DNA from: Candidatus Saccharimonadota bacterium
GTDB lineage: Bacteria > Pseudomonadota > Gammaproteobacteria > Enterobacterales > Enterobacteriaceae
NCBI RefSeq assembly: GCF_012571345.1
Contig: NZ_CP046218.1
Coordinates: forward strand, 184,386 to 193,498
Length of the DNA stretch: 9,113 bases
Direction of reading: 5' to 3'
This document shows positions 1 to 8,431 of this stretch, one piece after another. Position 1 is the first letter of the stretch. Every line of letters begins with the position of its first letter. Both the position numbers and the translations under genes were made by a program. Below the pieces are notes generated by a model. It searched no databases, had not been told where the DNA came from, and saw only the letters and a program-made list of their open reading frames with translations.

Positions 1-929
<929 letters not shown>

Positions 930-954
930 TTATTTATCATAATCTTTTATATTA

Positions 955-1245
955 CTACTTCACAATAGCTAAAATATCACTTTCAGACATTATTAAAACT
1001 TCATCATTATCAATTTTTTCAGTTTTAACACTATAACCATCATTAAATATTACTACATCACCTTTTTTTACATCCAAAGGTTTAACAGTACCATTATCTA
1101 ATATGCGTCCTTTCCCTACGGCTAATACTACACCACGAGTAGATTTACCAGCAGCAGTACCCGTTAAAACAATACCACCTGCTGATTTAGATTCAACTTC
1201 TTGACGTTTAACAATAACACGATCATGCAATGGACGAATATTCAT
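955..1245 (-). CDS. groES: Co-chaperonin GroES (Hsp10), 96 aa; start moved inward relative to the ORF track
   Basis: The track ORF 955-1266 begins [21 protein letters not shown]. The near-universal GroES N-terminus is [14 protein letters not shown], which corresponds to the ATG at 1245-1243. The 7 extra upstream codons (ATG ATA GGA GAA ...) contain the AGGAG ribosome-binding site itself. The rest aligns along its whole length with E. coli GroES (...[62 protein letters not shown]). The stop is TAG at 957-955. Confidence 0.95.
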   Translation of the reverse strand: MNIRPLHDRVIVKRQEVESKSAGGIVLTGTAAGKSTRGVVLAVGKGRILDNGTVKPLDVKKGDVVIFNDGYSVKTEKIDNDEVLIMSESDILAIVK

Positions 1246-1323
1246 TTTTAGGTATTCTCCTATCATAACTACGTAATTATTTTAATATAAAAATATAATG
1301 TTTTACTAAGTAACGTGTCCAAG

Positions 1324-1352
1324 AGATGAGGACAGATATACACTGTTTCAAG
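1324..1352 (-). promoter_or_regulatory. Putative sigma32 (RpoH) heat-shock promoter of groES-groEL
   Basis: The minus strand reads GACTTGAAACAGTGTATATCTGTCCTCATCTCTTGGACAC. CTTGAAA (1352-1346) matches the sigma32 -35 consensus CTTGAA(A). CCTCATCT (1331-1324) matches the -10 consensus CCCCATnT with one mismatch, and the spacer is 14 nt. The downstream CATCTCTTGGACAC resembles the E. coli groE promoter as I recall it (CCCCATTTCTCTGGTCAC). This is the only relatively GC-rich patch in an otherwise almost pure A/T spacer. It lies about 80 nt upstream of the groES ATG. Confidence 0.55.
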
Positions 1353-1468
1353 TCTTTACAAATAAAATTTTTATTTTAACGCATATTATTTTTATAAAAA
1401 ATATTATTTATTAATATTATTTGTGAAATATAATAAATATATTACTGGTTTTTACATAAAGGGAAAAA

Positions 1469-2746
1469 ATGTTTATTATTGAATGCATTATATTCATTAT
1501 CATTATTTATTTAGGTAAAAAAACAGGAGGTATAGGATTAGGATTATTTAGTTGTGTAGGAGTTTTAATATTAACATTATGTTTTAATCATAAAATTGGT
1601 AGTATTCCATTAGATGTCATAGCAATTATATTATCTGTAACGATTATGATTTCTATTTTATATTTATCAGATGGTATTAATTATTTAATTTATTATGTAA
1701 ATAAGTTGCTAATACAACAACCTAAGTATATTATTATAGTAGCTCCTATAATAACATATTTTATCACATTAATTACAGGAACTAGTTACACGGCATTATC
1801 TATTTTCCCGGTTATTATGCATATTTCTAAAAAAAATAACATACAACCTGTATATCCATTGTCAATATCTGTAGTAGCATCACAAGTAGCTATTATTGCT
1901 TCACCAATATCTGCTGCTTTTATATATTTTTCTAAAATATTAGAACCATTTGGTATTAATTATTTTATCTTATTGACTATCTTTATCCCTTCAACTTTTA
2001 TAGCTGTTTTGTTAACTTCATTATTTACTAGTATTTGGTATAATTTTAATCATAAATATGATGTGACTAATATTACTTCATATAATGATATTGAAAAAAA
2101 AAAATTATTTAGTATAAAAGGTAAGTATTCTTTTATATTATTTTGTATTGGTCTTGGTACTATTTTGATATATAATGTTTTATGTAATATTTATAATATA
2201 AATAATAGTATTCCTAGAACTGAATCTATAATATTATTTATGTTAACTATATCATTAGTAATACATTTAGTTTGTCAAACGAATATCAAAAAAATAACAC
2301 AAACTAAAATTTTTCAAATGGGCATAGAAGCTTGTATATGTATTATTGGAGTTGCGTGGTTTAGCGATACATTTATACATGCACATATGAATATTATAAA
2401 ACTATATATTTTATATATTATACCATATAAACCTATTATATTAGTAATTACGTTACTTTTTATCACATCATTATGTTACTCACAAGCAGTTACTACAAGA
2501 GCAATTATTCCCTACTTAATTATTTTAGGTGTGCCTGTAAAAACTATTATTAGTATTTTTACAGCCGTTGCAGGAGTATTTATCTTGCCAACATATCCTA
2601 CTATTTTATATGCAGTTGAAATAGATGATACTGGTTCTACTAAAATAGGTAAATATATATTTAATCATCCATTTTTAATACCTGGAATACTAATTATTGT
2701 AATATCTATCATAATAAATTTTATAATTATTCATTTTATGATTTAA
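1469..2746 (+). CDS. dcuA: Anaerobic C4-dicarboxylate / L-aspartate transporter, DcuA family (425 aa)
   Basis: The full-length ORF is collinear with E. coli DcuA (433 aa). N-terminus: MFIIECIIFIIIIYLGKKTGGIGLG vs MLVVELIIVLLAIFLGARLGGIGIG. Internal blocks: QPKYIIIVAPIITYFITLITGT vs NPKYITILAPIVTYFLTIFAGT; ACICIIGVAWFSDTF vs ACICILGVAWLGDTF; LPTYPT; IGKYIFNHPFLIPG vs IGKFVFNHPFFIPG. These blocks fit DcuA better than DcuB. An AAGGGA SD sits just upstream of the ATG at 1469. The divergent placement next to groES matches the E. coli dcuA-aspA...groS neighbourhood. Confidence 0.9.
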   Translation: MFIIECIIFIIIIYLGKKTGGIGLGLFSCVGVLILTLCFNHKIGSIPLDVIAIILSVTIMISILYLSDGINYLIYYVNKLLIQQPKYIIIVAPIITYFITLITGTSYTALSIFPVIMHISKKNNIQPVYPLSISVVASQVAIIASPISAAFIYFSKILEPFGINYFILLTIFIPSTFIAVLLTSLFTSIWYNFNHKYDVTNITSYNDIEKKKLFSIKGKYSFILFCIGLGTILIYNVLCNIYNINNSIPRTESIILFMLTISLVIHLVCQTNIKKITQTKIFQMGIEACICIIGVAWFSDTFIHAHMNIIKLYILYIIPYKPIILVITLLFITSLCYSQAVTTRAIIPYLIILGVPVKTIISIFTAVAGVFILPTYPTILYAVEIDDTGSTKIGKYIFNHPFLIPGILIIVISIIINFIIIHFMI

Positions 2747-2763
2747 TGATAATAAAAAACATA

Positions 2764-2793
2764 TTGACGAAAAATAGTATTTTTTGTTATGAT
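2764..2793 (+). promoter_or_regulatory. Candidate sigma70 promoter for tRNA-Phe
   Basis: TTGACG (2764-2769, 5/6 to TTGACA), an 18-nt spacer, then TATGAT (2788-2793, 5/6 to TATAAT). This predicts a transcription start about 15 nt upstream of the mature tRNA 5' end (2816). Promoter-like hexamers arise easily in DNA this AT-rich, so this call is tentative. Confidence 0.4.
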
Positions 2794-2815
2794 AATAACA
2801 ATGTAGCTTTGCATC

Positions 2816-2888
2816 GCCCGAATAGCTCAGTTGGTAGAGCAGTGGACTGAAAATCCCCGTGTCGGTGGTTCAATTCCGCCTTCGGGCA
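2816..2888 (+). tRNA. tRNA-Phe (anticodon GAA), 73 nt, no encoded 3' CCA
   Basis: Sequence: GCCCGAATAGCTCAGTTGGTAGAGCAGTGGACTGAAAATCCCCGTGTCGGTGGTTCAATTCCGCCTTCGGGCA. Hand-folded cloverleaf: acceptor GCCCGAA/TTCGGGC (7 bp), D stem GCTC/GAGC, anticodon loop CTGAAAA (GAA at 34-36), T stem GGTGG/CCGCC (one G:T), T loop TTCAATT, discriminator A. It is close to E. coli pheU/pheV. It stands out as a GC-rich island in AT-rich sequence. Confidence 0.93.
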
Positions 2889-2934
2889 TGATTAAATGAT
2901 TTATATAAACTAAAAATTTTATAATATAAAAATA

Positions 2935-3903
2935 TCATTTTTGTATGTATAAAGCATAACTTTTATGTTCTCTTAATATCTTGATATTAACATTATGCAT
3001 AATGGTCATTTTAGCCATAATTTGTATTAAACAATATCGATTATAAGTAGAATAATATATAGCTAAAATATAACCATTGATTATATGATGTTTGTTTGTT
3101 AATTTATGTTGGCTGGTAATTATTAATCTATCGTTAATCATAGGTATAATATTTTCTATTTTTATTTTTATACTAAAAAGTTTGTTATTATTATAATTAT
3201 GATTAGCCATATAAATTTTATTTATGATTTCTTGTCCTATATAACATCCTTTATGTAAATCTATAGCATGGAATTTATACATATTAATTTCTTGTGGAAT
3301 AAATTTTGCAAAATTATGTTTATCAATAATAGGATAACCCATTTGACAAAATAATTTTATATCATAATTATATGCAAGAGAAATTTTATGATATTTAATA
3401 TATGAAGATATATTATTTATATTATTTACAATAATAATTGTAAAATATTTATTATGTGATATAGTACGTATTTTTAATACGATATTCTCTTTATCAATAA
3501 ATAAAGAAGTTTTATGTATAAAAGCATTTGAGTTTTGTAAAACTTTTAATAAAAAATTTCGAGTAGTATTATTATCAGCATATATGCCGACTAATGATTT
3601 AGTAGAACATAAAATCTGTATATCATACAAAAAAATATATTTTTTTATACTATTTAAATATATTTTAGCTATATTTTTCCTAATTATATAACCATAATGA
3701 TTATGTTTATATTTAAAAATTTGCATATTAGTTAATAGTCTACCTTTTGAATTGCAATGACAAGAATATAAAAAATTTTTTTGGTCTGTTAAATGATTAA
3801 TATTAATAGTAAGTTGATGTTGTAAAAATTTTTTACTATCTTTACCTTTAACAATAATTAAAATCCAATGATCTAATGGAATAAATTTTAATATAGTTTT
3901 CAT
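2935..3903 (-). CDS. ygfZ: Folate-binding tRNA-modification / Fe-S cluster repair protein YgfZ (322 aa)
   Basis: The length is close to E. coli YgfZ (326 aa). N-terminal block: LDHWILIIVKGKDSKKFLQHQLT vs [23 protein letters not shown]. Also CHCNSKGRL vs AHCDAKGKM, GYPIIDKHNFAKFIPQEIN vs GFPVIDAANSGQFIPQATN, and the signature motif KGCYIGQE (E. coli KGCYTGQE). The rest is strongly diverged and extremely rich in N/K/I/Y. An in-frame stop sits two codons upstream of the ATG (3903-3901), fixing the start. The stop is TGA at 2937-2935. Confidence 0.85.
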   Translation of the reverse strand: MKTILKFIPLDHWILIIVKGKDSKKFLQHQLTININHLTDQKNFLYSCHCNSKGRLLTNMQIFKYKHNHYGYIIRKNIAKIYLNSIKKYIFLYDIQILCSTKSLVGIYADNNTTRNFLLKVLQNSNAFIHKTSLFIDKENIVLKIRTISHNKYFTIIIVNNINNISSYIKYHKISLAYNYDIKLFCQMGYPIIDKHNFAKFIPQEINMYKFHAIDLHKGCYIGQEIINKIYMANHNYNNNKLFSIKIKIENIIPMINDRLIITSQHKLTNKHHIINGYILAIYYSTYNRYCLIQIMAKMTIMHNVNIKILREHKSYALYIQK

Positions 3904-3960
3904 ATGTTATTTTTTAATTATATAAAAAATATTATTTTTTATATAATTAAAAAATAATAT
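3904..3960. repeat. Perfect all-A/T inverted repeat (25-bp arms 3907-3931 / 3933-3957, 1-nt centre)
   Basis: ttattttttaattatataaaaaata (3907-3931) is the exact reverse complement of tattttttatataattaaaaaataa (3933-3957), checked base by base around t3932. With one G:T (3906/3958) the symmetry extends to 3904-3960. The repeat lies between the carB stop and the ygfZ start. Confidence 0.9.
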
Positions 3961-4029
3961 TTAGTATATTAATGGATGTTTTATAAAACACTAATTTCTA
4001 TATAATAAATTACTATATTTGATTTCTAA

Positions 4030-7000
4030 TTAATATATATTGAATGTTTTATGTAGTTCTTGTAATGCATATATTTTATTTTTTGTATAATTACTGACAA
4101 TAGATGTAATTGTAGCAAACGCACTTTGAATAGTAGTATTAAAGTAAACATTATTTTGCAAAGCTGTAATACGTATTATTTTAGATTTTTGTATAGATTT
4201 TGGACTTAAAGCAGTAATAATAATATAATTATATCGTCTATTTTTAATATTATTAATAATATTTTTAGATATATTATCATGCACTACCATAACAGGTATA
4301 TTATTTTGTTGTAATATTTTTGCAGTACCTGGAGTAGCTTCAATTGTATAACCATGTTTAATTAACTGTTTTGTTAAAACTAAGCTATATTTTTTATCTT
4401 GATTACTTAAGGATAACAATACAATACTGTTTAACTTATAAAGATCATTATTCATATGTAATATAATTTTAGAGAAAGCTTCTGCAAATGTCATGCCAAT
4501 ACCCATAATTTCACCAGTAGATTTCATTTCCGGGCCTAATATAGGATCAACACCATCAAATTTATTAAAAGGTAGAATTGATTCTTTAATAGCAAAATAT
4601 TTTGGTATTATTTCTCGAGTAATATTTAATTGTGCTAAAGTATAACCAGCCATAACTAAAGCGCCTATTTTTGCTATTGGGACCCCAATCGTTTTAGAAA
4701 GAAAAGGAATAGTACGTGATGCACGAGGATTGACTTCTATTAAATATATTTGATTATTTTTTATAGCAAACTGAAGATTAATTAAACCACAGATATTAAT
4801 TTTATAAGATATTTTACGTACTTGTTGTTTAATATTGTTTATTAATGATTGATTTATAGTATATGTTGGTACAACACAAGCAGAATCACCAGAATGTATA
4901 CCAGCTTGTTCAATATGTTCCATAATGCCGCCGATAAAAACATCATTACCATCACAAATAGCATCAACATCTATTTCTATGGCATTATCTAAAAATTTAT
5001 CTAACAAAACTTCAGTATGCTGAGTAATGTTTTGTAAAAAATATTGTTTTAATTCTTTTTTATTATATACAATTTGCATTGCTTGTCCACCTAATACATA
5101 TGATGGCCTAACTATTACAGGATAACCAATAATATCAGATTGTATAAGAGCATTTTTAAGATTATGTACAATATAATTTGTTGGTTGTTGTAATTTTAAA
5201 CTATGAATAATATTTTTAAATTTATCTCTATTTTCTGCTATGTCTATATTATTAGGTGTAGTTCCTAAAATATTAACTCCTTCTTGAGCAAGATATTTCG
5301 CAATATTTAACGGTGTTTGCCCGCCATATTGTACAATAACACCTTGAGGTTTTTCAATATTAATAATATCTAATATTTTTTCTATATTTAATGGTTCAAA
5401 ATATAATTTATCAGAAATATCATAGTCTGTTGATACAGTTTCAGGATTACAATTAACCATAATTGTTTCAAAATTTTTTTCTCGTAATGCTAAAGCAGCA
5501 TGTACACAACAATAGTCAAATTCAATACCTTGTCCGATTCTATTTGGTCCGCTACCTAAAATAATGATTTTTTTTGGATTATGAGTTACATAAGCTTCAC
5601 ATTCAGAACTATAAGTAGAATATATATATGCTGTATTAGTATCAAATTCTGCTGCACATGTATCTACTCTTTTATATACAGGATAAATTTTTTTATTATA
5701 TCTTAAGGTTCTAATATTTTTTTCACATGTATGTACTAACTTAGCAATTCTCATATCAGAAAAACCTTTTTGTTTTAGAAAGCGAAAGAACTGTGTATTT
5801 TCTAAACCCTTAATTCCTAATTTAAGCACTTTTTGTTCAATGTTGATTAAATCTTGTATTTGATATAAAAACCATACATCAATTTTGGATAATTGATGTA
5901 TTTTCATTAACGTTATACCAAATCTAAAAGCATCAGCAATAAATTGTATTCTATTTGGACCAGCATAAGATAATTCATATATAATTTTTTTAGTATTTGC
6001 ATTATTTTGTATAAGAACTTTTGGATCAAAACCACTAATATTATTATCTAAACTGCATAAGGCTTTTTGTAAAGCTTCCTGAAAGTTAGTGCCAATAGCC
6101 ATAACTTCACCTACAGATTTCATTTGTGTAGATAATCTATGATTGGTTTCATGAAACTTTTCAAAATTAAATTTTGGTATTTTTACCACCACATAATCTA
6201 TAGAAGGTTCAAATGCAGCAGATATTTTATTATTGGTAATATCATTATTTAATTCATCTAATGTATAACCAATAGATAATTTTGCAGAAATTTTTGCTAT
6301 AGGAAATCCTGTTGCTTTAGAAGCAAGTGCAGAAGAACGTGATACACGAGGGTTCATTTCAATAACAACTAATTTACCTGTTATAGGATTAACTGCAAAT
6401 TGTACATTAGCTCCTCCTGAATTAATACCAATGTTTTTTATAATGCTAATAGCAGCATTACGCATAATTTGATATTCTTTATCAGATAAAGTTTGTGCAG
6501 GTGCTACTGTAATGGAATCACCAGTATGTATGCCCATAGGATCAATATTTTCAATAGAGCATATAACGATGCAATTACCATGTGCATCTCTTATCATTTC
6601 TAATTCATATTCCTTCCAACCTATTAAAGATTCATCAATTATTAATTCATGAATAGGCGATAATATTATTCCTTGTGTACAAATATCCGTAAATTCTTGC
6701 AAATTATATGCTATACCACCACCAGAACCACCCATAGTATAAGAAGGACGTATAATGCATGGATAACCTATTTTTTTTACAACATCTAATGCTTCTCGTA
6801 AATTATGTACTGTATAAGATTCAGCTATATTTAAACCTATTTGTTGTATAATCTTGTTAAAAATATTTCTATTTTCAGCACGATGAATGGCTTTAATAGT
6901 AACACCAATAATTTGAACGTTATATTTAGTTAAAATCTTTGTTTCATATAATTGCAATATGCAATTTAAAGCTGTTTGTCCACCCATAGTAGGTAAAATT

Positions 7001-7254
7001 GCATCTGGTTTTTCTTTTATTATAATTTTAGTAATTGTTTCACATGTAATAGGTTCAATATATGTGATATCGGCAAGGTCCGGATCCGTCATAATAGTAG
7101 CTGGATTAGAATTAATTAAAATTAATTTATATCCTTCTTCTTTTAATGCTTTACAAGCTTGTGTTCCAGAATAATCAAATTCACACGCTTGTCCAATAAC
7201 GATAGGGCCTGATCCTATAATCAGAATACTTTTTATATCAGTACGTTTTGGCAT
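4030..7254 (-). CDS. carB: Carbamoyl-phosphate synthase large subunit CarB (1074 aa)
   Basis: Full length versus E. coli CarB (1073 aa). N-terminus: [42 protein letters not shown] vs [42 protein letters not shown]. Both ATP-grasp halves are present ([24 protein letters not shown] and [24 protein letters not shown]). The oligomerisation and C-terminal allosteric domains are also present. The stop is TAA at 4032-4030. Confidence 0.98.
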   Translation of the reverse strand: MPKRTDIKSILIIGSGPIVIGQACEFDYSGTQACKALKEEGYKLILINSNPATIMTDPDLADITYIEPITCETITKIIIKEKPDAILPTMGGQTALNCILQLYETKILTKYNVQIIGVTIKAIHRAENRNIFNKIIQQIGLNIAESYTVHNLREALDVVKKIGYPCIIRPSYTMGGSGGGIAYNLQEFTDICTQGIILSPIHELIIDESLIGWKEYELEMIRDAHGNCIVICSIENIDPMGIHTGDSITVAPAQTLSDKEYQIMRNAAISIIKNIGINSGGANVQFAVNPITGKLVVIEMNPRVSRSSALASKATGFPIAKISAKLSIGYTLDELNNDITNNKISAAFEPSIDYVVVKIPKFNFEKFHETNHRLSTQMKSVGEVMAIGTNFQEALQKALCSLDNNISGFDPKVLIQNNANTKKIIYELSYAGPNRIQFIADAFRFGITLMKIHQLSKIDVWFLYQIQDLINIEQKVLKLGIKGLENTQFFRFLKQKGFSDMRIAKLVHTCEKNIRTLRYNKKIYPVYKRVDTCAAEFDTNTAYIYSTYSSECEAYVTHNPKKIIILGSGPNRIGQGIEFDYCCVHAALALREKNFETIMVNCNPETVSTDYDISDKLYFEPLNIEKILDIINIEKPQGVIVQYGGQTPLNIAKYLAQEGVNILGTTPNNIDIAENRDKFKNIIHSLKLQQPTNYIVHNLKNALIQSDIIGYPVIVRPSYVLGGQAMQIVYNKKELKQYFLQNITQHTEVLLDKFLDNAIEIDVDAICDGNDVFIGGIMEHIEQAGIHSGDSACVVPTYTINQSLINNIKQQVRKISYKINICGLINLQFAIKNNQIYLIEVNPRASRTIPFLSKTIGVPIAKIGALVMAGYTLAQLNITREIIPKYFAIKESILPFNKFDGVDPILGPEMKSTGEIMGIGMTFAEAFSKIILHMNNDLYKLNSIVLLSLSNQDKKYSLVLTKQLIKHGYTIEATPGTAKILQQNNIPVMVVHDNISKNIINNIKNRRYNYIIITALSPKSIQKSKIIRITALQNNVYFNTTIQSAFATITSIVSNYTKNKIYALQELHKTFNIY

Positions 7255-7257
7255 ATT

Positions 7258-8427
7258 TTATATACTCTTTTTTATTTTGATAGAACAATATTGTTGTATT
7301 AATTGTATAAAATAATCAAATAATATTGCAATATCATGTGGTCCTGGATTACCTTCAGGATGTCCTTGGAAACCAAAAGCAGGTTTATGCCGGTGATGTA
7401 TACCTTGAATAGTTCTATCAAAAAGAGATATATGAGTAATATATAAATTTTTTGGAATATTATGTTTATCTATTGTAAAACCATGATTTTGTGTAGTAAT
7501 AAATATTTTATTATTTAATAAATTTTTTACAGGATGATTACTACCATGATGTCCTACAAACATTTTTTTTATTTTAGCATTATTCGCTAATGCTAATAAT
7601 TGATGTCCTAAACAAATACCAAAAATTGGTATATTAGTAGTAAGTATTTGTTTTATAGTATTAATAATATTAGTACAAGGTCTAGGATCACCAGGACCAT
7701 TAGATAAAAAAATACCATCAGGATTTAAAGCCATAATTTCATTAAAAGAAGTAGTAGCAGCGACAATAGTAACATAACAACCACGATCTACTAACATGTT
7801 TAAAATATTATTTTTAATACCAAAATCATATGCAATAACATGCATCATATAATAATTATATCTTTTTTTTTGTAATTCAATTACATTGCGATCTATATTA
7901 CTATGTATCCATGAATAATTTACTTTAGTAGTAACATGTTGTACTAAATTTTTCTTTATATATTTTTTTTTAAAAATATGAATTTTATCTAATATATTTT
8001 CTTTTTTATAATTATTATTGCCAGTAATAATACAACCATAATTGTTTTTTTTATTACGTAATAATCTTGTTAATTGTCGTGTATCAATATTAGTAATGGT
8101 AATAATATTATTTTTTTTTAAAAAAATATCTAATGTAGTATAACTACGATAATTACTAGCTATCATAGATATATTTTGTATTACTAATCCTTGTAAAAAT
8201 ATTTTTGATGATTCGTTATCATGTAGTGAAATACCTACATTACCAATATGCGGATATGTTAAAACAACAATTTGTTTATAATAAGATGGATCAGTAATAA
8301 TTTCTTGGTATCCAGTCATAGATGTATTAAAAACAAATTCTCCTGTTACCATACCATCAATACCTATAGATTGACCTAAAAATTCGGTGCCATCTTCCAT
8401 AATGAGACACGCTGTGTTTTTAAACAA
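7258..8427 (-). CDS. carA: Carbamoyl-phosphate synthase small (glutamine amidotransferase) subunit CarA (389 aa), TTG start
   Basis: Collinear with E. coli CarA (382 aa): EDGT.F.G..IG, FNTSMTGYQEI.TDPSY..QIV.LTYPHIGNVG, NPDGIFLSNGPGDP.PC. The catalytic-triad context GICLGHQLLA (Cys) and FQGHPE (His/Glu) is present. The start codon at 8427-8425 is TTG. An in-frame TAA at 8442-8440 excludes any upstream start, and the next ATG (8400) would remove conserved N-terminal residues. The stop is TAA at 7260-7258, 3 nt before the carB ATG. Confidence 0.95.
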   Translation of the reverse strand: MFKNTACLIMEDGTEFLGQSIGIDGMVTGEFVFNTSMTGYQEIITDPSYYKQIVVLTYPHIGNVGISLHDNESSKIFLQGLVIQNISMIASNYRSYTTLDIFLKKNNIITITNIDTRQLTRLLRNKKNNYGCIITGNNNYKKENILDKIHIFKKKYIKKNLVQHVTTKVNYSWIHSNIDRNVIELQKKRYNYYMMHVIAYDFGIKNNILNMLVDRGCYVTIVAATTSFNEIMALNPDGIFLSNGPGDPRPCTNIINTIKQILTTNIPIFGICLGHQLLALANNAKIKKMFVGHHGSNHPVKNLLNNKIFITTQNHGFTIDKHNIPKNLYITHISLFDRTIQGIHHRHKPAFGFQGHPEGNPGPHDIAILFDYFIQLIQQYCSIKIKKSI

Positions 8428-8431
8428 AAAC

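Noticed and set aside
1246-1266. Seven-codon N-terminal extension of groES (MIGEYLK) in the ORF track
   Set aside because: GroES proteins begin MNIRPLHDR. The extension is the 5' UTR containing the AGGAG ribosome-binding site.
2870-2934. Possible genomic-island or integrase footprint at tRNA-Phe (pheU/pheV are classic island integration sites)
   Set aside because: Only 46 bp separates the tRNA from the ygfZ stop. I noticed no duplicated copy of the GC-rich tRNA 3' end (TTCAATTCCGCCTTCGGGCA) anywhere in the window, and there is no integrase or foreign-looking gene.
3977-3990. 14-bp palindrome TGTTTTATAAAACA (TGT-N8-ACA), superficially like a LexA SOS box (CTGT-N8-ACAG)
   Set aside because: The flanking bases are A...C rather than the essential C...G of CTG/CAG. 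It lies downstream of carB rather than in a promoter. Short A/T palindromes are expected by chance in this composition. Reduced symbionts usually lack lexA.
6959-7174. 71-aa plus-strand ORF from the ORF track
   Set aside because: It is antisense within the most conserved N-terminal ATP-grasp region of carB. It has no SD and no family resemblance, so it is a shadow ORF.
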